Source: a virus
Length of the DNA stretch: 64,000 bases
Virus record (IMG/VR): IMGVR_UViG_3300045988_065571
Strand: one strand, 5' to 3'
A model generated the notes under the pieces. That model made no database searches and was not told the origin of the DNA. It worked only from the letters and a program-made list of their open reading frames with translations. This document shows, one piece after another, positions 9,571-18,809 of this stretch. Position 1 is the first letter of the stretch, and every line of letters begins with the position of its first letter. Made by a program: the position numbers and the translations under genes.

Positions 9571-12500
9571 ATGTACGTTAGTAAATACTACACTTGCGAA
9601 GAGATTGACCAACGGCTATTACAGGGTTATTATGATGACTCTTTGGCTCATGGTTTTGTTGGAACTCTTAAAGAGTTCTGGGCATTCTTCTTATCAATTG
9701 CAAACAAGGTAGATAAGAAAGAAGGTTGGGATTTGTCAGAAAACAACTTCTCTGATGAATTGCTAGAAAAATTGAATGGAATTGAGGAACATGCTAACTA
9801 CGTTACTAAAGTTTCTCAACTAGAAAACGATTTGAAATATCAGACTCAAGAACAAGTTGAGAAATATATACATGACTTGGTAGACGGTGCTGATGATGCT
9901 TTGGATACATTGAAAGAGTTGGCTGAAGCATTAAACAACGACCCGAACTTTGCTACCAATATCACTAACCGATTAACCGAATTACGTACTCAATTAGAAG
10001 CTGAAGTAACCAGAGCTAAGAATCGTGAAAACGAATTGGCTTCTCAGGTTAAGATTGTGAACGATAACTTGGTTAACTCGGTTAATACGTTGAATGCCAC
10101 TATCACTAAAGTAGTACAGGATATTACTAGGATGATAGAAGCTATCAATGCTCGTATTCAAAAGGTAGAAGACCGGGTTGGTGATTTGGAAGTAGAAACT
10201 GACAACAACTTAACTGAAGCCAAAGAATATGCTAAAGAGTTAGTAGAAAAAGAAGCTGCTGAACGTAGAGCTGCTGATGAGAAATTAACTGAGGCCGTTC
10301 ATAAGGTACAGTTAGACCATACTAAAGATATTGCCGATTTAAATAACAAGATTCTGACTGAGGCTTCAGAAAGAGCCAATGCAGATGTGGCATTAGAATC
10401 TAAACTGAATACTGAAATCAGTGACCGTAAAACTGCAGACCAGGAATTAGAAGCTAAGATTAATGCCGAAGCTGCAGCTCGTACTGCTCAGGATGAAGCA
10501 TTACATCAGCAGATTGTAAAAGAAGCTTCTGACCGTCAGAATGCAGATAACGGTTTACAGCAGAATATTACTCAAGAAGCTCAAAATCGTCAGAATGCAG
10601 ATACTGTACTTCAGAACAATATTGATAACGAGAAAGAAACTCGTATTGCTCAAGATGAAATCCTTGACCACAAGATTGAGGATTTGAAAACTCAGGCAGG
10701 TACGGATAAAACGGAATTGCTTGAAAAACTAGAGCAAGAAAAACAAGAACGTATTGCTGGTGATGAGGATTTAGATAATCGTAAGGTAGATAAGAGAGAA
10801 GGCTATTCTCTTACTAAAAACGATTTTACCGATATTCTCAAAGCTAAGTTGGATGGCATTGAAGAACATGCCAACTATATCACAAAAGTATCCCAGCTTA
10901 TCAATGATGCTGGTTATCAAACAGAAGCAGATCTTCAGGCAGCTATTGAAAAAATTATTGGAGAAGCTCCAGAGGTTCTTGATACTTTGAAGGAAATTGC
11001 CGATGCTTTGGGTAATGACCCCAACTTTGCTACTACAATTACCAAGAAATTAGCAGCTATTACCGAACAATTGAATCAGGAAATTACTAATCGTACAGAA
11101 GCTGATGCCCAGGTACAGGCCAATGTAGATAAAGAAGTTTCTGACCGTAAGGAAGCTGATACTGCTCTTGAAGCTAAGTTGAAAGAGTATGTTGATAACG
11201 AGGTAGATAAGATTACTGGTAACACTGACGGTATTCAAGCTAGTCTGAACAAGGAAATCCAAGATAGAAAAGATGCAGATGCTGCATTACAGGCTGCTAT
11301 TACTAAGGAAGAAACAGATCGTAAGGCTGCTGATGCTGCATTAGATACCCGGGTAACTGCTAATGCTACTAAGATACAAGAATTGGCTTTATCTATTCAG
11401 GATGCAGTAAATACCGTTAAAAATGAACTTCAGGCTAAGATAGATGCTTTGCAAACAGAAGTAAATGCTAACAAGGCAAATATTCAACGTAATACTGACC
11501 GATTGAATGACCAGATTACTAAGGAAGCTGAGGATTATGCCGAATTAAAAGGCATGGTTAATGCTGAAGCTGAAGCAAGAGCCAATGCTGATACTAATCT
11601 TAAGTCTCAGGTGGATAAGGTAAATATCGACTTGAACACTGAGATTTCAAAGAGAGAAGCTGGTGATACTGTTTTACAACAGAATATCGATAAGGAGATC
11701 TCTGATAGAACTGCAGCAGATACCTTGTTAGACAACAAGTTCACTGGCTTGATGAATACCGAATCTGCTGCCCGGGCAAATGAAGATGAGAAAATCAATG
11801 CTCGAATCGACCAAGAGGTTAAAGATCGTAAGGCAGGAGATGATGCTTTAAGTACTCGAATCGATAACATCAATAGTGGAGTAACTAGTTCTTTAGCTGA
11901 GCTCAGTGAGAAAGTAACTAATAATACTACTGCTATTCAAACTGAAGTAGAAAGAGCTAAAGCTGCTGAACAAGCAATTAAGGATTCTCTGACTACAGCT
12001 ATGGAAAATCACAAAGATGATTTGGTAGCTATATCTAAGGATATTAGTGATGAGGCTCAGAGTAGACTACAAGAAGATATCAAGCTTCAGAATAATATCG
12101 ATACCGAAACTCTTAACCGTACTCAGGCAGATACTCTGTTAGAGAACAAGATTGCTCAGGAAATATCTGATAGAGTTCAGGCTGTTGAAAACTTGAATAA
12201 CCGAAAGGTAGATAAAGTAGATGGCAAAGAGCTTTCTTCAAATGACTTTACCGACCTATTAAAAGCTAAGTTGGATAATATCCAGGAATTTGCTAACTAC
12301 ATTACTAAGGTATCTCAGTTGGAAAATGATTCTAATTATCAGAATGCCGAACAAGTAGAAGCTGCAATCCAAAAGGTTATTGGTTCTGCTCCTGGAGTAT
12401 TAGATACTCTAGAAGAAATTGCACAAGCATTAGGTGATGATCCTAACTTTGCTACTACAATTACTAATAAGTTGACTGAACTTAAGGGTATTATAGATAA

Positions 12501-15500
12501 AGAAATCTCCGATAGAACTGCAGCCGATGAACAAGTTACCCAGAAGTTTACCGAATTAAGCACTACTCTTAATGCTACAGTAAGTGAACTGAGAACTTTC
12601 GTAACAGAAACTCGTTCTGAATTATTAACCAAGACTCAGGCTCAAGATGAACTGATTGCCAAGAATACTGCTAATATTCAACGTAATCTAGAATTGATTC
12701 AGGGCTTACAGAGTAATCAGAATACGGGTTACCTTGAAATCAAGGAACTGTTGAATACAGAAATCGAGGCTAGAAAGGCTGAGGATATTCGTATTGAAGC
12801 TAAAGTAGATAAGAATACTCAGGACCTTAAGACTGAAAGCGAAGAGAGAAAGGCTGCTGATAAGGTTCTCCAGGATAATATTGATGCTGAAGAGGCTGCA
12901 AGAATTGCTGCTGATGATGCCCTGGGTAAACGTATCGATAAAGAAATCGAGGATAGAAAAGCAGCAGATACTGCTCTTGAGAATAAATTCAATGGCATCA
13001 CCAATGGCTTAGATGAACGTCTTCAGAAAGAAGAGGCTACTTCTAATGCTTTACCAGATACTGTAATAACTTCTCATAAGGATTTGGTAATAGACGATAC
13101 TTCTATTACAATGCCCTATACCATTGCCGATAAGGGAGAAGAGAATATCTATACTGATGGTAGAGAAGACAGTAAAGTATTACCTGCAGCAACTAAGGAT
13201 AAAGCAGGCTTACATTCAGCAGCTGATAAGAAACTGTTTGATTCTCTACCTAATCAGCTGTTAATCCCTAATACGGGTAAAGTTGAAAGGAATACTTATT
13301 TGGTTGCTATAAAACGGGAGCTTGTTCAAAAGATAGAGGGAGAATACAAAAAACCTGCTGGTATTAATTATTTGGAACAGGTAAGTATCCCAGCTTCTAC
13401 TAAGGACTTAGCAGGTGTACAAACCGCTGCAGATAAGAAGAAATTCGATTCTCTTCCTGAAAGAATCATCACTAATCTGCCTCAAGTTAATCAAGAAGCA
13501 GATAGGATGACTTTATCCCTAACTTTTCACACGTTCTCAAAAGGAAATGGAGTATATATTAATGAGGATGGCACTTTGCCTATCCCAGCTTCTACAGCAG
13601 AGAAAGCAGGAGTTCAAACTGCAGCCGATAAAAAGAAATTCGATAGAATTACTACTACTAACTTTGCTCTTGGTGATGTAACTCCGAATGCTACCGAAGT
13701 AGAAATTGCTGCTACTAAGACTAAGATAGAAGATGGTACAGTAGAACAGAATCCAATTACATTGCCTGCATCTACGGCAGAGAAAGCCGGTGTACAAACT
13801 GCAGCAGATAAGAAGAAATTCGATTCTATACCGGGTACCATTCTTACTTCTATTAAAACTACCATCCATAATAATAATTCTGTAGTATTACAGGTAAATC
13901 AGTCTTCTAAATCCGAAGGAGTTTATGCTCCAGTTGAAGTTAAAGCATTTGAAATAAATGCTGCTACTAAAACTACTGCAGGAGCCATGACTGCAGGTGA
14001 TAAGACCAACTTGGATGAAACCTTGCCTAATGCTATAGCAAAAGAGGTTCAAGATAGAAAGGATGCAATAGCTGCTCTTGAATCTTCTTCTAATGCTTCT
14101 ATAAAAGCTCTAGAAAAGAAACATGATGACTTTGTAGCAACTAAGGGTAAGGCTAATGGGTTTGCTTCTTTGGATGGTAATGGATTAGTACCCTCTAGTC
14201 AGCTGCCCTCTTATGTAGATGATGTTATCGAAGGTTATGCTACTTATGAGGTCAGTGAAACTGGAAAGCTAAGTAATATTAAATTATATTCTGACCCAGA
14301 TCATACCAATCCTATCACTGGAGAATCTGGTAAGATATATTTGAACATTACCCAGGATGAACCTCCCTATCAATTCCGTTGGTCAGGTACTCAGTTTGTA
14401 GATAGTAATACTTCTTCACTGATACTTGGAGAGGTTACTGGTACTGCTTATGATGGTGCTAAGGGTAAATCTTTAGCTGATTGGAGAAAATCTCTGAGTG
14501 ATAACTTAACGAAGTATTCTCATATTAAAGACCAGAATGCTTGGACTAGAAATGCTACCGAAGTTAGGTTAAATTTCGAATGTTCAAGCTTTGGATCACC
14601 AAAGGTCCTTAGTGAATACCAAGAACCTATCCCAGCCTCTACTAAAGACTTAGCAGGTGTTCAGTCAGCAGCAGACAAGAAACTGTTTGATAGTATTCCA
14701 GGTACTATTATTATTTCTGGTAAAGGAGTAGTTCAGCAAGAGGATAAAGTTTGGGTACAGATTAGTAAATCTACTAAAGCTGAGGGAGTATATGGAGAAG
14801 CTACCACACAAACTCTAGAAATCTTAGCTGCAAATGCTAATAGAGCTGGTGTAATAACAGTTGAGATGTTCAACAAACTTAACTCTGGTTTGAATGGAGA
14901 TATTACCAATGCTCTGAATGAAGCTAAGGCTTATACTGATGCTGCTAAGACTGCTCTGAATAAACTCATTTCAGATGAATCTAGTGCTAGACAAGCTGCA
15001 GATACTACTATTACCAATAACTTAAATGCTCATATAAATAATAAGAGTAATCCCCATGGTGTAACTAAAGCTCAGGTAGGTTTAGGTAATGTAGAGAACT
15101 TAGCTCCAGCAAATATGCCAGTATCTACTGCTCAGGCTACTGCTATTGCAGATGCTAAAGCTGCAGGTACAAAAGCCCAGACCGACTTAAGTACTCATGC
15201 AAACAGAAAGGATAATCCTCACAATGTAACTAGAGCTCAATTAGGATTGGCTACTACAGACCAAGTAGTTTTTGCTAAAACTACTGCAGCTTCTGGTTTC
15301 TGGAAGGAATCAGATGGTAGATTAAAATCTCAAGTAGAGAATTTGAATCATACTCTGGACCAAATCTGCAATATACCTACGGTTCACTTTAAGATGAATG
15401 GTAAATACCAGGTGGGAACTATTGCTCAGAGCTTAGAGGAAATCGAACCTCTGTTGGTATCAGAGAATAATATACCTGCTTTTCAAGTACCTAACCAATC

Positions 15501-15651
15501 TAGATTCGAAACTTTCATCGGAGAAGATGGTCAGGAATACGTAAAAGTAAAAGTAGTAGAATACGAAATGCTTAGTGTCATGGCTCTCGAGGGAGTTAAG
15601 TTATTGAGAAAAGAATTCGAAGACTTTAAGAAACAATTAAACAATAAGTAA
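9571..15651 (+). CDS. Giant modular tail fibre protein (2026 aa) with a C-terminal intramolecular chaperone domain
   Basis: Contains three copies of a fibre module of about 95 aa (..NDFT..LK.KLDGIEEHANYITKVSQL ... DTLKE(I/L)A.AL.NDPNFAT.IT). Has long runs of an 18-aa periodic repeat (..I..E...R..AD..L). Has seven PA(S/A)T..KAGVQTAADKK(K/L)FDS motifs and two NPH(G/N)VT(K/R)AQ(V/L)GL motifs. The C-terminus, SDGRLKSQVENL...VGTIAQSLEEIEPLLV, is typical of Peptidase_S74 chaperone domains. Confidence 0.85.
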   Translation: MYVSKYYTCEEIDQRLLQGYYDDSLAHGFVGTLKEFWAFFLSIANKVDKKEGWDLSENNFSDELLEKLNGIEEHANYVTKVSQLENDLKYQTQEQVEKYIHDLVDGADDALDTLKELAEALNNDPNFATNITNRLTELRTQLEAEVTRAKNRENELASQVKIVNDNLVNSVNTLNATITKVVQDITRMIEAINARIQKVEDRVGDLEVETDNNLTEAKEYAKELVEKEAAERRAADEKLTEAVHKVQLDHTKDIADLNNKILTEASERANADVALESKLNTEISDRKTADQELEAKINAEAAARTAQDEALHQQIVKEASDRQNADNGLQQNITQEAQNRQNADTVLQNNIDNEKETRIAQDEILDHKIEDLKTQAGTDKTELLEKLEQEKQERIAGDEDLDNRKVDKREGYSLTKNDFTDILKAKLDGIEEHANYITKVSQLINDAGYQTEADLQAAIEKIIGEAPEVLDTLKEIADALGNDPNFATTITKKLAAITEQLNQEITNRTEADAQVQANVDKEVSDRKEADTALEAKLKEYVDNEVDKITGNTDGIQASLNKEIQDRKDADAALQAAITKEETDRKAADAALDTRVTANATKIQELALSIQDAVNTVKNELQAKIDALQTEVNANKANIQRNTDRLNDQITKEAEDYAELKGMVNAEAEARANADTNLKSQVDKVNIDLNTEISKREAGDTVLQQNIDKEISDRTAADTLLDNKFTGLMNTESAARANEDEKINARIDQEVKDRKAGDDALSTRIDNINSGVTSSLAELSEKVTNNTTAIQTEVERAKAAEQAIKDSLTTAMENHKDDLVAISKDISDEAQSRLQEDIKLQNNIDTETLNRTQADTLLENKIAQEISDRVQAVENLNNRKVDKVDGKELSSNDFTDLLKAKLDNIQEFANYITKVSQLENDSNYQNAEQVEAAIQKVIGSAPGVLDTLEEIAQALGDDPNFATTITNKLTELKGIIDKEISDRTAADEQVTQKFTELSTTLNATVSELRTFVTETRSELLTKTQAQDELIAKNTANIQRNLELIQGLQSNQNTGYLEIKELLNTEIEARKAEDIRIEAKVDKNTQDLKTESEERKAADKVLQDNIDAEEAARIAADDALGKRIDKEIEDRKAADTALENKFNGITNGLDERLQKEEATSNALPDTVITSHKDLVIDDTSITMPYTIADKGEENIYTDGREDSKVLPAATKDKAGLHSAADKKLFDSLPNQLLIPNTGKVERNTYLVAIKRELVQKIEGEYKKPAGINYLEQVSIPASTKDLAGVQTAADKKKFDSLPERIITNLPQVNQEADRMTLSLTFHTFSKGNGVYINEDGTLPIPASTAEKAGVQTAADKKKFDRITTTNFALGDVTPNATEVEIAATKTKIEDGTVEQNPITLPASTAEKAGVQTAADKKKFDSIPGTILTSIKTTIHNNNSVVLQVNQSSKSEGVYAPVEVKAFEINAATKTTAGAMTAGDKTNLDETLPNAIAKEVQDRKDAIAALESSSNASIKALEKKHDDFVATKGKANGFASLDGNGLVPSSQLPSYVDDVIEGYATYEVSETGKLSNIKLYSDPDHTNPITGESGKIYLNITQDEPPYQFRWSGTQFVDSNTSSLILGEVTGTAYDGAKGKSLADWRKSLSDNLTKYSHIKDQNAWTRNATEVRLNFECSSFGSPKVLSEYQEPIPASTKDLAGVQSAADKKLFDSIPGTIIISGKGVVQQEDKVWVQISKSTKAEGVYGEATTQTLEILAANANRAGVITVEMFNKLNSGLNGDITNALNEAKAYTDAAKTALNKLISDESSARQAADTTITNNLNAHINNKSNPHGVTKAQVGLGNVENLAPANMPVSTAQATAIADAKAAGTKAQTDLSTHANRKDNPHNVTRAQLGLATTDQVVFAKTTAASGFWKESDGRLKSQVENLNHTLDQICNIPTVHFKMNGKYQVGTIAQSLEEIEPLLVSENNIPAFQVPNQSRFETFIGEDGQEYVKVKVVEYEMLSVMALEGVKLLRKEFEDFKKQLNNK
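9721..12510 (+). repeat. Three dispersed in-frame copies of a module of about 290 nt inside the fibre gene (about 9721-10010, 10795-11085 and 12220-12510)
   Basis: The protein blocks align by eye: WDLSENNFSDELLEKLNGIEEHANYVTKVSQLEND..., YSLTKNDFTDILKAKLDGIEEHANYITKVSQLIND..., ELSSNDFTDLLKAKLDNIQEFANYITKVSQLEND.... Each ends in DTL(K/E)E(L/I)A.AL..DPNFAT. Confidence 0.8.
13178..14885 (+). repeat. Seven spaced copies of the PASTxxKAGVQTAADKKKFD motif, each heading a domain of about 60-70 aa
   Basis: For example, 13585-13644 and 13765-13824 encode identical peptides but differ at eight synonymous third positions. Confidence 0.8.
15310..15651 (+). other. Predicted self-cleaving intramolecular chaperone (Peptidase_S74-like) domain of the fibre
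   Basis: Ser1914-Asp-Gly-Arg-Leu-Lys begins a 113-aa C-terminal block that matches the S-D-x-R-x-K ... iGliAQe.e...P.lV pattern. Confidence 0.6.
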
Positions 15652-15652
15652 T

Positions 15653-17752
15653 ATGGCAGAAATAGCAACTTGGAGTGCTATTCTGAATAAGACCGGCCTT
15701 GGTAAGACCTCTAATGAGTGCCCTACCAAGGCTGAGTTGTTAGCACTCAATAATGGTAAGGACTCCAATGTTGACAAGGTTATTGTAATTAGTAATGCTG
15801 CTAGCTACGGTAACAATGAATGTGTCAAGTTAGAGGATATCAATGCCGAGCAATGGATTTATACATTCGAATGGAAACCAGATGGTAATCCTTCTTTTAA
15901 TGCTCCAGCTACTGGTGGAGAATATTATGTTGGTGCCTATAATTCAAACCGAACTAAATATGTAAATGGTAAAGCTAACCCTAACATAGTTGAATATGTT
16001 AGTGAGCTTTCTCGGAATAATGGTCCTTCTTGGTATAGCTATAGTAGTGATAGTACTAAACGTATCGTATCTAATAATACATCTACTAATAGTAGATCTC
16101 ATACTATGGTTATTACCCAGAAGTATTCAGGTAAAACCATACAGGCAACCTTTACCCAGGCAGCAGGTAGAAAAGTTTATTCTTCATGGAGTTATAACTG
16201 TAGAGTAGACAAAACTTCTTTCAGTTACAGTGGAGGTCAATCTAATGTAACTGCTAAGAGTGCAAGTAGAACTTATACTTGGAATGGTCAAGGAAGTAGT
16301 TATACCGAATCAGAAACAGCTACTGTAAGAGTTTCTAGTCCGGCTTCTATTAGTGGGAATAGTATTTCTATCCCGAGTAATAGTGATTCTGCTAGAAGTT
16401 TTACAGTTACTTTCGATTTCCCAACTGCTACAGATCAGACTATCTCAATTTCTCAGGAAGGGGGCCAAGTATCTTATGTAGATCATCTATCTATAGATCC
16501 TACTACTAAGAATGTATCTGGAAGTGGTCAAACCTTTGATGTGATAGTAAATGCCAACTATGATAGGTACTTGAATGGAGTATGGCAAGAAAATATAAAA
16601 TCTCAGTATACTAATGCTACTGTAGTAAGCGGGTCTTCATCCGACATTACTATAACTCGTACTAGTACTGGGTGTAGTATTAAGGTAGCACCGAATCCCA
16701 ATGAGAATAGTTCTAGGACTTATGTAGTAGAATTTACTTATGATTCAGCTACTCCAGTTCGATTAACTATTACTCAGAATGAAGCAGTAGTTAGCTACCC
16801 TAGCGAGGGATATTACTTAGGTCAATCTAGATCTTCTAGTGGATTTACCACTTCAGATTTGAATGTTACTAATGGAGATAGGGATGGAGGTTCTTTTACT
16901 GTATACTATAAATCCTATCGTACTAAATATGTAAATGGAAGCCAGGCAGGTTTAGAACCAGTAACTCCTAATATTGCACCAGGAGATTTTTGGTTAAATA
17001 CCTTTATAGACCCAAGACCCAATAGTGATAACGTATATACCGTTGAGGTTCGTTATCAAGCTAATAATCTTAATACTGAACGAAGTACTAGGATTACAGG
17101 ATCTAATGGCGGTGCTACTACGGTATACACTAATTTCTCTCAGGAAGCTAGATTAGATTACTTCTTTACTTTTGATAGTAATGAGGGTCCTACTGAAAAA
17201 TCCCTTAGTACAGATGCTGCAGCAAATGATTTCCCTTTTGTAAATATCTATTCTAGGGATTCCGTAGGAAGAGCTATAGGTTTTAGTATCTCTGGTGTTG
17301 TACCTTCGTGGATAACTTGTGAAATACACGAAAACGGTGTATCAGTACCAGCTGAAATTGGAGTTAGATTGGATGAGAACCCAACTCATGCAAACAGATC
17401 AGCTACTATTACTCTGGTACAATCTCATAGTGGTAAAACTCTAACCATTAAAGTATCACAAGCAGGTAGGTTCTATAACTTAGAGTTACTAGGTTCGGGA
17501 GTAGTTTATTTATGTGATGATGCAATAAAACCAACAGAGGGTATTTCTCCAAATACTAAATTTGCAACTCAATGTCCTACTTTATTAAAACACCAGGGAT
17601 TTTTAACGGTGAATAATTCAGGTTTAGGGAGTATGGGTAGTCAAGTAGGAAATGGAGATAGGGTAAACATTTATACTTATAGACATGATGGTACGTGGAG
17701 ATTTGTTACTAGTTTTATTTTAATCCAAGGTGACCAAGCAGTATCTTGGTAA
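15653..17752 (+). CDS. BACON-like / Ig-like repeat protein; probable fibre-associated glycan-binding or receptor-binding protein
   Basis: At least four beta-sandwich-like units end in the BACON-style signature: SRSHTMVITQKYSGKTIQATFTQAAG, ARSFTVTFDF..DQTISISQEGG, SSRTYVVEFTYDSATPVRLTITQNE, NRSATITLVQSHSGKTLTIKVSQAG. Starts 2 nt after the fibre gene. Confidence 0.55.
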   Translation: MAEIATWSAILNKTGLGKTSNECPTKAELLALNNGKDSNVDKVIVISNAASYGNNECVKLEDINAEQWIYTFEWKPDGNPSFNAPATGGEYYVGAYNSNRTKYVNGKANPNIVEYVSELSRNNGPSWYSYSSDSTKRIVSNNTSTNSRSHTMVITQKYSGKTIQATFTQAAGRKVYSSWSYNCRVDKTSFSYSGGQSNVTAKSASRTYTWNGQGSSYTESETATVRVSSPASISGNSISIPSNSDSARSFTVTFDFPTATDQTISISQEGGQVSYVDHLSIDPTTKNVSGSGQTFDVIVNANYDRYLNGVWQENIKSQYTNATVVSGSSSDITITRTSTGCSIKVAPNPNENSSRTYVVEFTYDSATPVRLTITQNEAVVSYPSEGYYLGQSRSSSGFTTSDLNVTNGDRDGGSFTVYYKSYRTKYVNGSQAGLEPVTPNIAPGDFWLNTFIDPRPNSDNVYTVEVRYQANNLNTERSTRITGSNGGATTVYTNFSQEARLDYFFTFDSNEGPTEKSLSTDAAANDFPFVNIYSRDSVGRAIGFSISGVVPSWITCEIHENGVSVPAEIGVRLDENPTHANRSATITLVQSHSGKTLTIKVSQAGRFYNLELLGSGVVYLCDDAIKPTEGISPNTKFATQCPTLLKHQGFLTVNNSGLGSMGSQVGNGDRVNIYTYRHDGTWRFVTSFILIQGDQAVSW

Positions 17753-17817
17753 TAAACACAACACTAGTACATTTATTGATAGATAAATTTAATTATTAAC
17801 TTTAAAACTAAATCATT

Positions 17818-18507
17818 ATGGAAGTGAAATCTGGAGAAGGCACAGTAGTGGTTGCAGATCGTAATCGTTACAGTGATGGATGTTGTAATAATCGAGGATG
17901 GGGTTCTGGTTGGGGTGCTGTCGGTGGAGCTTTAGTAGGTGGTGGTTTTGGTGCTGCTGCAGTTTCTGTGTGGGACAAAATCAATGACACAAAAGCTGAT
18001 ATCCAAAAAGTGGAATCTACTGTTCAGGAAGCAAAAGCTGGTATTTACAAAGACATCTCGGATGCTGCTCGTGGAGTTACTTCTGAAGTTGCAGGAGTAT
18101 CTAGACAAGTAGAAGGTGTAGGTAAAGAAGTACTTAACAATCGCTTTGCTACTGAACGTGGCCTTTGTGATCTTGGTTATAAGACTAATTCCGATATCCG
18201 GGATTCTCGTGACCAAATGGGAGCAGGATTTAATCGAGTTATGGACCGTCTTTGCCAGATGGAACATCAACAGTCAACTTGCTGCTGTGAAATTAAAGGC
18301 CTAGTTAGAGAATCAGAAAACAGATTAGCTCTTCAGGCAGAACGTAATCATTGCGAGGTAATGAAAGGCCAGCAAGAGATTAAGTGCTTGATTGAGAACA
18401 CTGCCAAAGACCAAGAAATTGCTAGACTGAATCGAGTAGTTGATGCTCAGAGAGATCAAAACATTATTAACTCGGTAGTACAGGCTTTGGGTAATAAAAC
18501 TGCATAA
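17818..18507 (+). CDS. Cys-rich glycine-zipper membrane protein with a coiled-coil C-terminal region
   Basis: CCNNRGWGSGWGAVGGALVGGGFGAAAVSVW is a Gly-zipper-type hydrophobic segment. It is followed by about 170 aa of charged helical sequence containing CCCEIK, and the gene has its own terminator. Confidence 0.5.
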   Translation: MEVKSGEGTVVVADRNRYSDGCCNNRGWGSGWGAVGGALVGGGFGAAAVSVWDKINDTKADIQKVESTVQEAKAGIYKDISDAARGVTSEVAGVSRQVEGVGKEVLNNRFATERGLCDLGYKTNSDIRDSRDQMGAGFNRVMDRLCQMEHQQSTCCCEIKGLVRESENRLALQAERNHCEVMKGQQEIKCLIENTAKDQEIARLNRVVDAQRDQNIINSVVQALGNKTA

Positions 18508-18531
18508 TTTCTATTAAAGTTGATTAGGGAA

Positions 18532-18566
18532 AAGGGAGGTACCTGTAGTGGGTATTTCCCTTTTTT
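18532..18566 (+). terminator. Rho-independent terminator
   Basis: 12-bp stem, aagggaggtacc (18532-18543) with ggtatttccctt (18551-18562), including two G-U pairs. Followed by a T-run. Confidence 0.65.
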
Positions 18567-18587
18567 CGTTTTAATCTAGTAAGAAAC

Positions 18588-18809
18588 ATGGAAGAAGATA
18601 ATAAACTACAAACCTTTACTCTCCAAATGCAACTACCGGCTCCTAATTTAGAGGTAGCAAAGAGAGTAGCCGATGAAGCACAAAGACTGATAGATATCTA
18701 TGGATACTATAATTTCTTGAACCTAGTAGAATTTATGAAACAGAATCCCAGTATGGTTCAAATGGGATTAAGTCTAATCAATAAAAATAATGCAGTATGG
18801 AAGAAATGA
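18588..18809 (+). CDS. Hypothetical protein (73 aa)
   Basis: Dominant-strand ORF that overlaps the next gene. Confidence 0.35.
   Translation: MEEDNKLQTFTLQMQLPAPNLEVAKRVADEAQRLIDIYGYYNFLNLVEFMKQNPSMVQMGLSLINKNNAVWKK

Noticed and set aside
13585-13824. Near-identical 60-nt units (13585-13644 and 13765-13824), which could suggest a DGR template/variable repeat pair or a CRISPR-like array.
   Set aside because: All eight differences between the units are synonymous third-position changes of mixed type, not adenine-specific. No reverse transcriptase ORF exists in the window. The spacing and content are in-frame protein repeats, not repeat-spacer architecture.
11050-13869. Cluster of minus-strand ORFs (11050-11262, 11607-11873, 12339-12632, 12819-13004, 13537-13869, 13614-13865) inside the giant fibre gene.
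   Set aside because: The repetitive Ala/Asp/Glu/Lys-rich codons of the fibre gene happen to lack stops on the antisense strand. The translations are Ser/Ala/Leu-rich mirror sequences, and the + strand gene is unbroken for 2026 codons.
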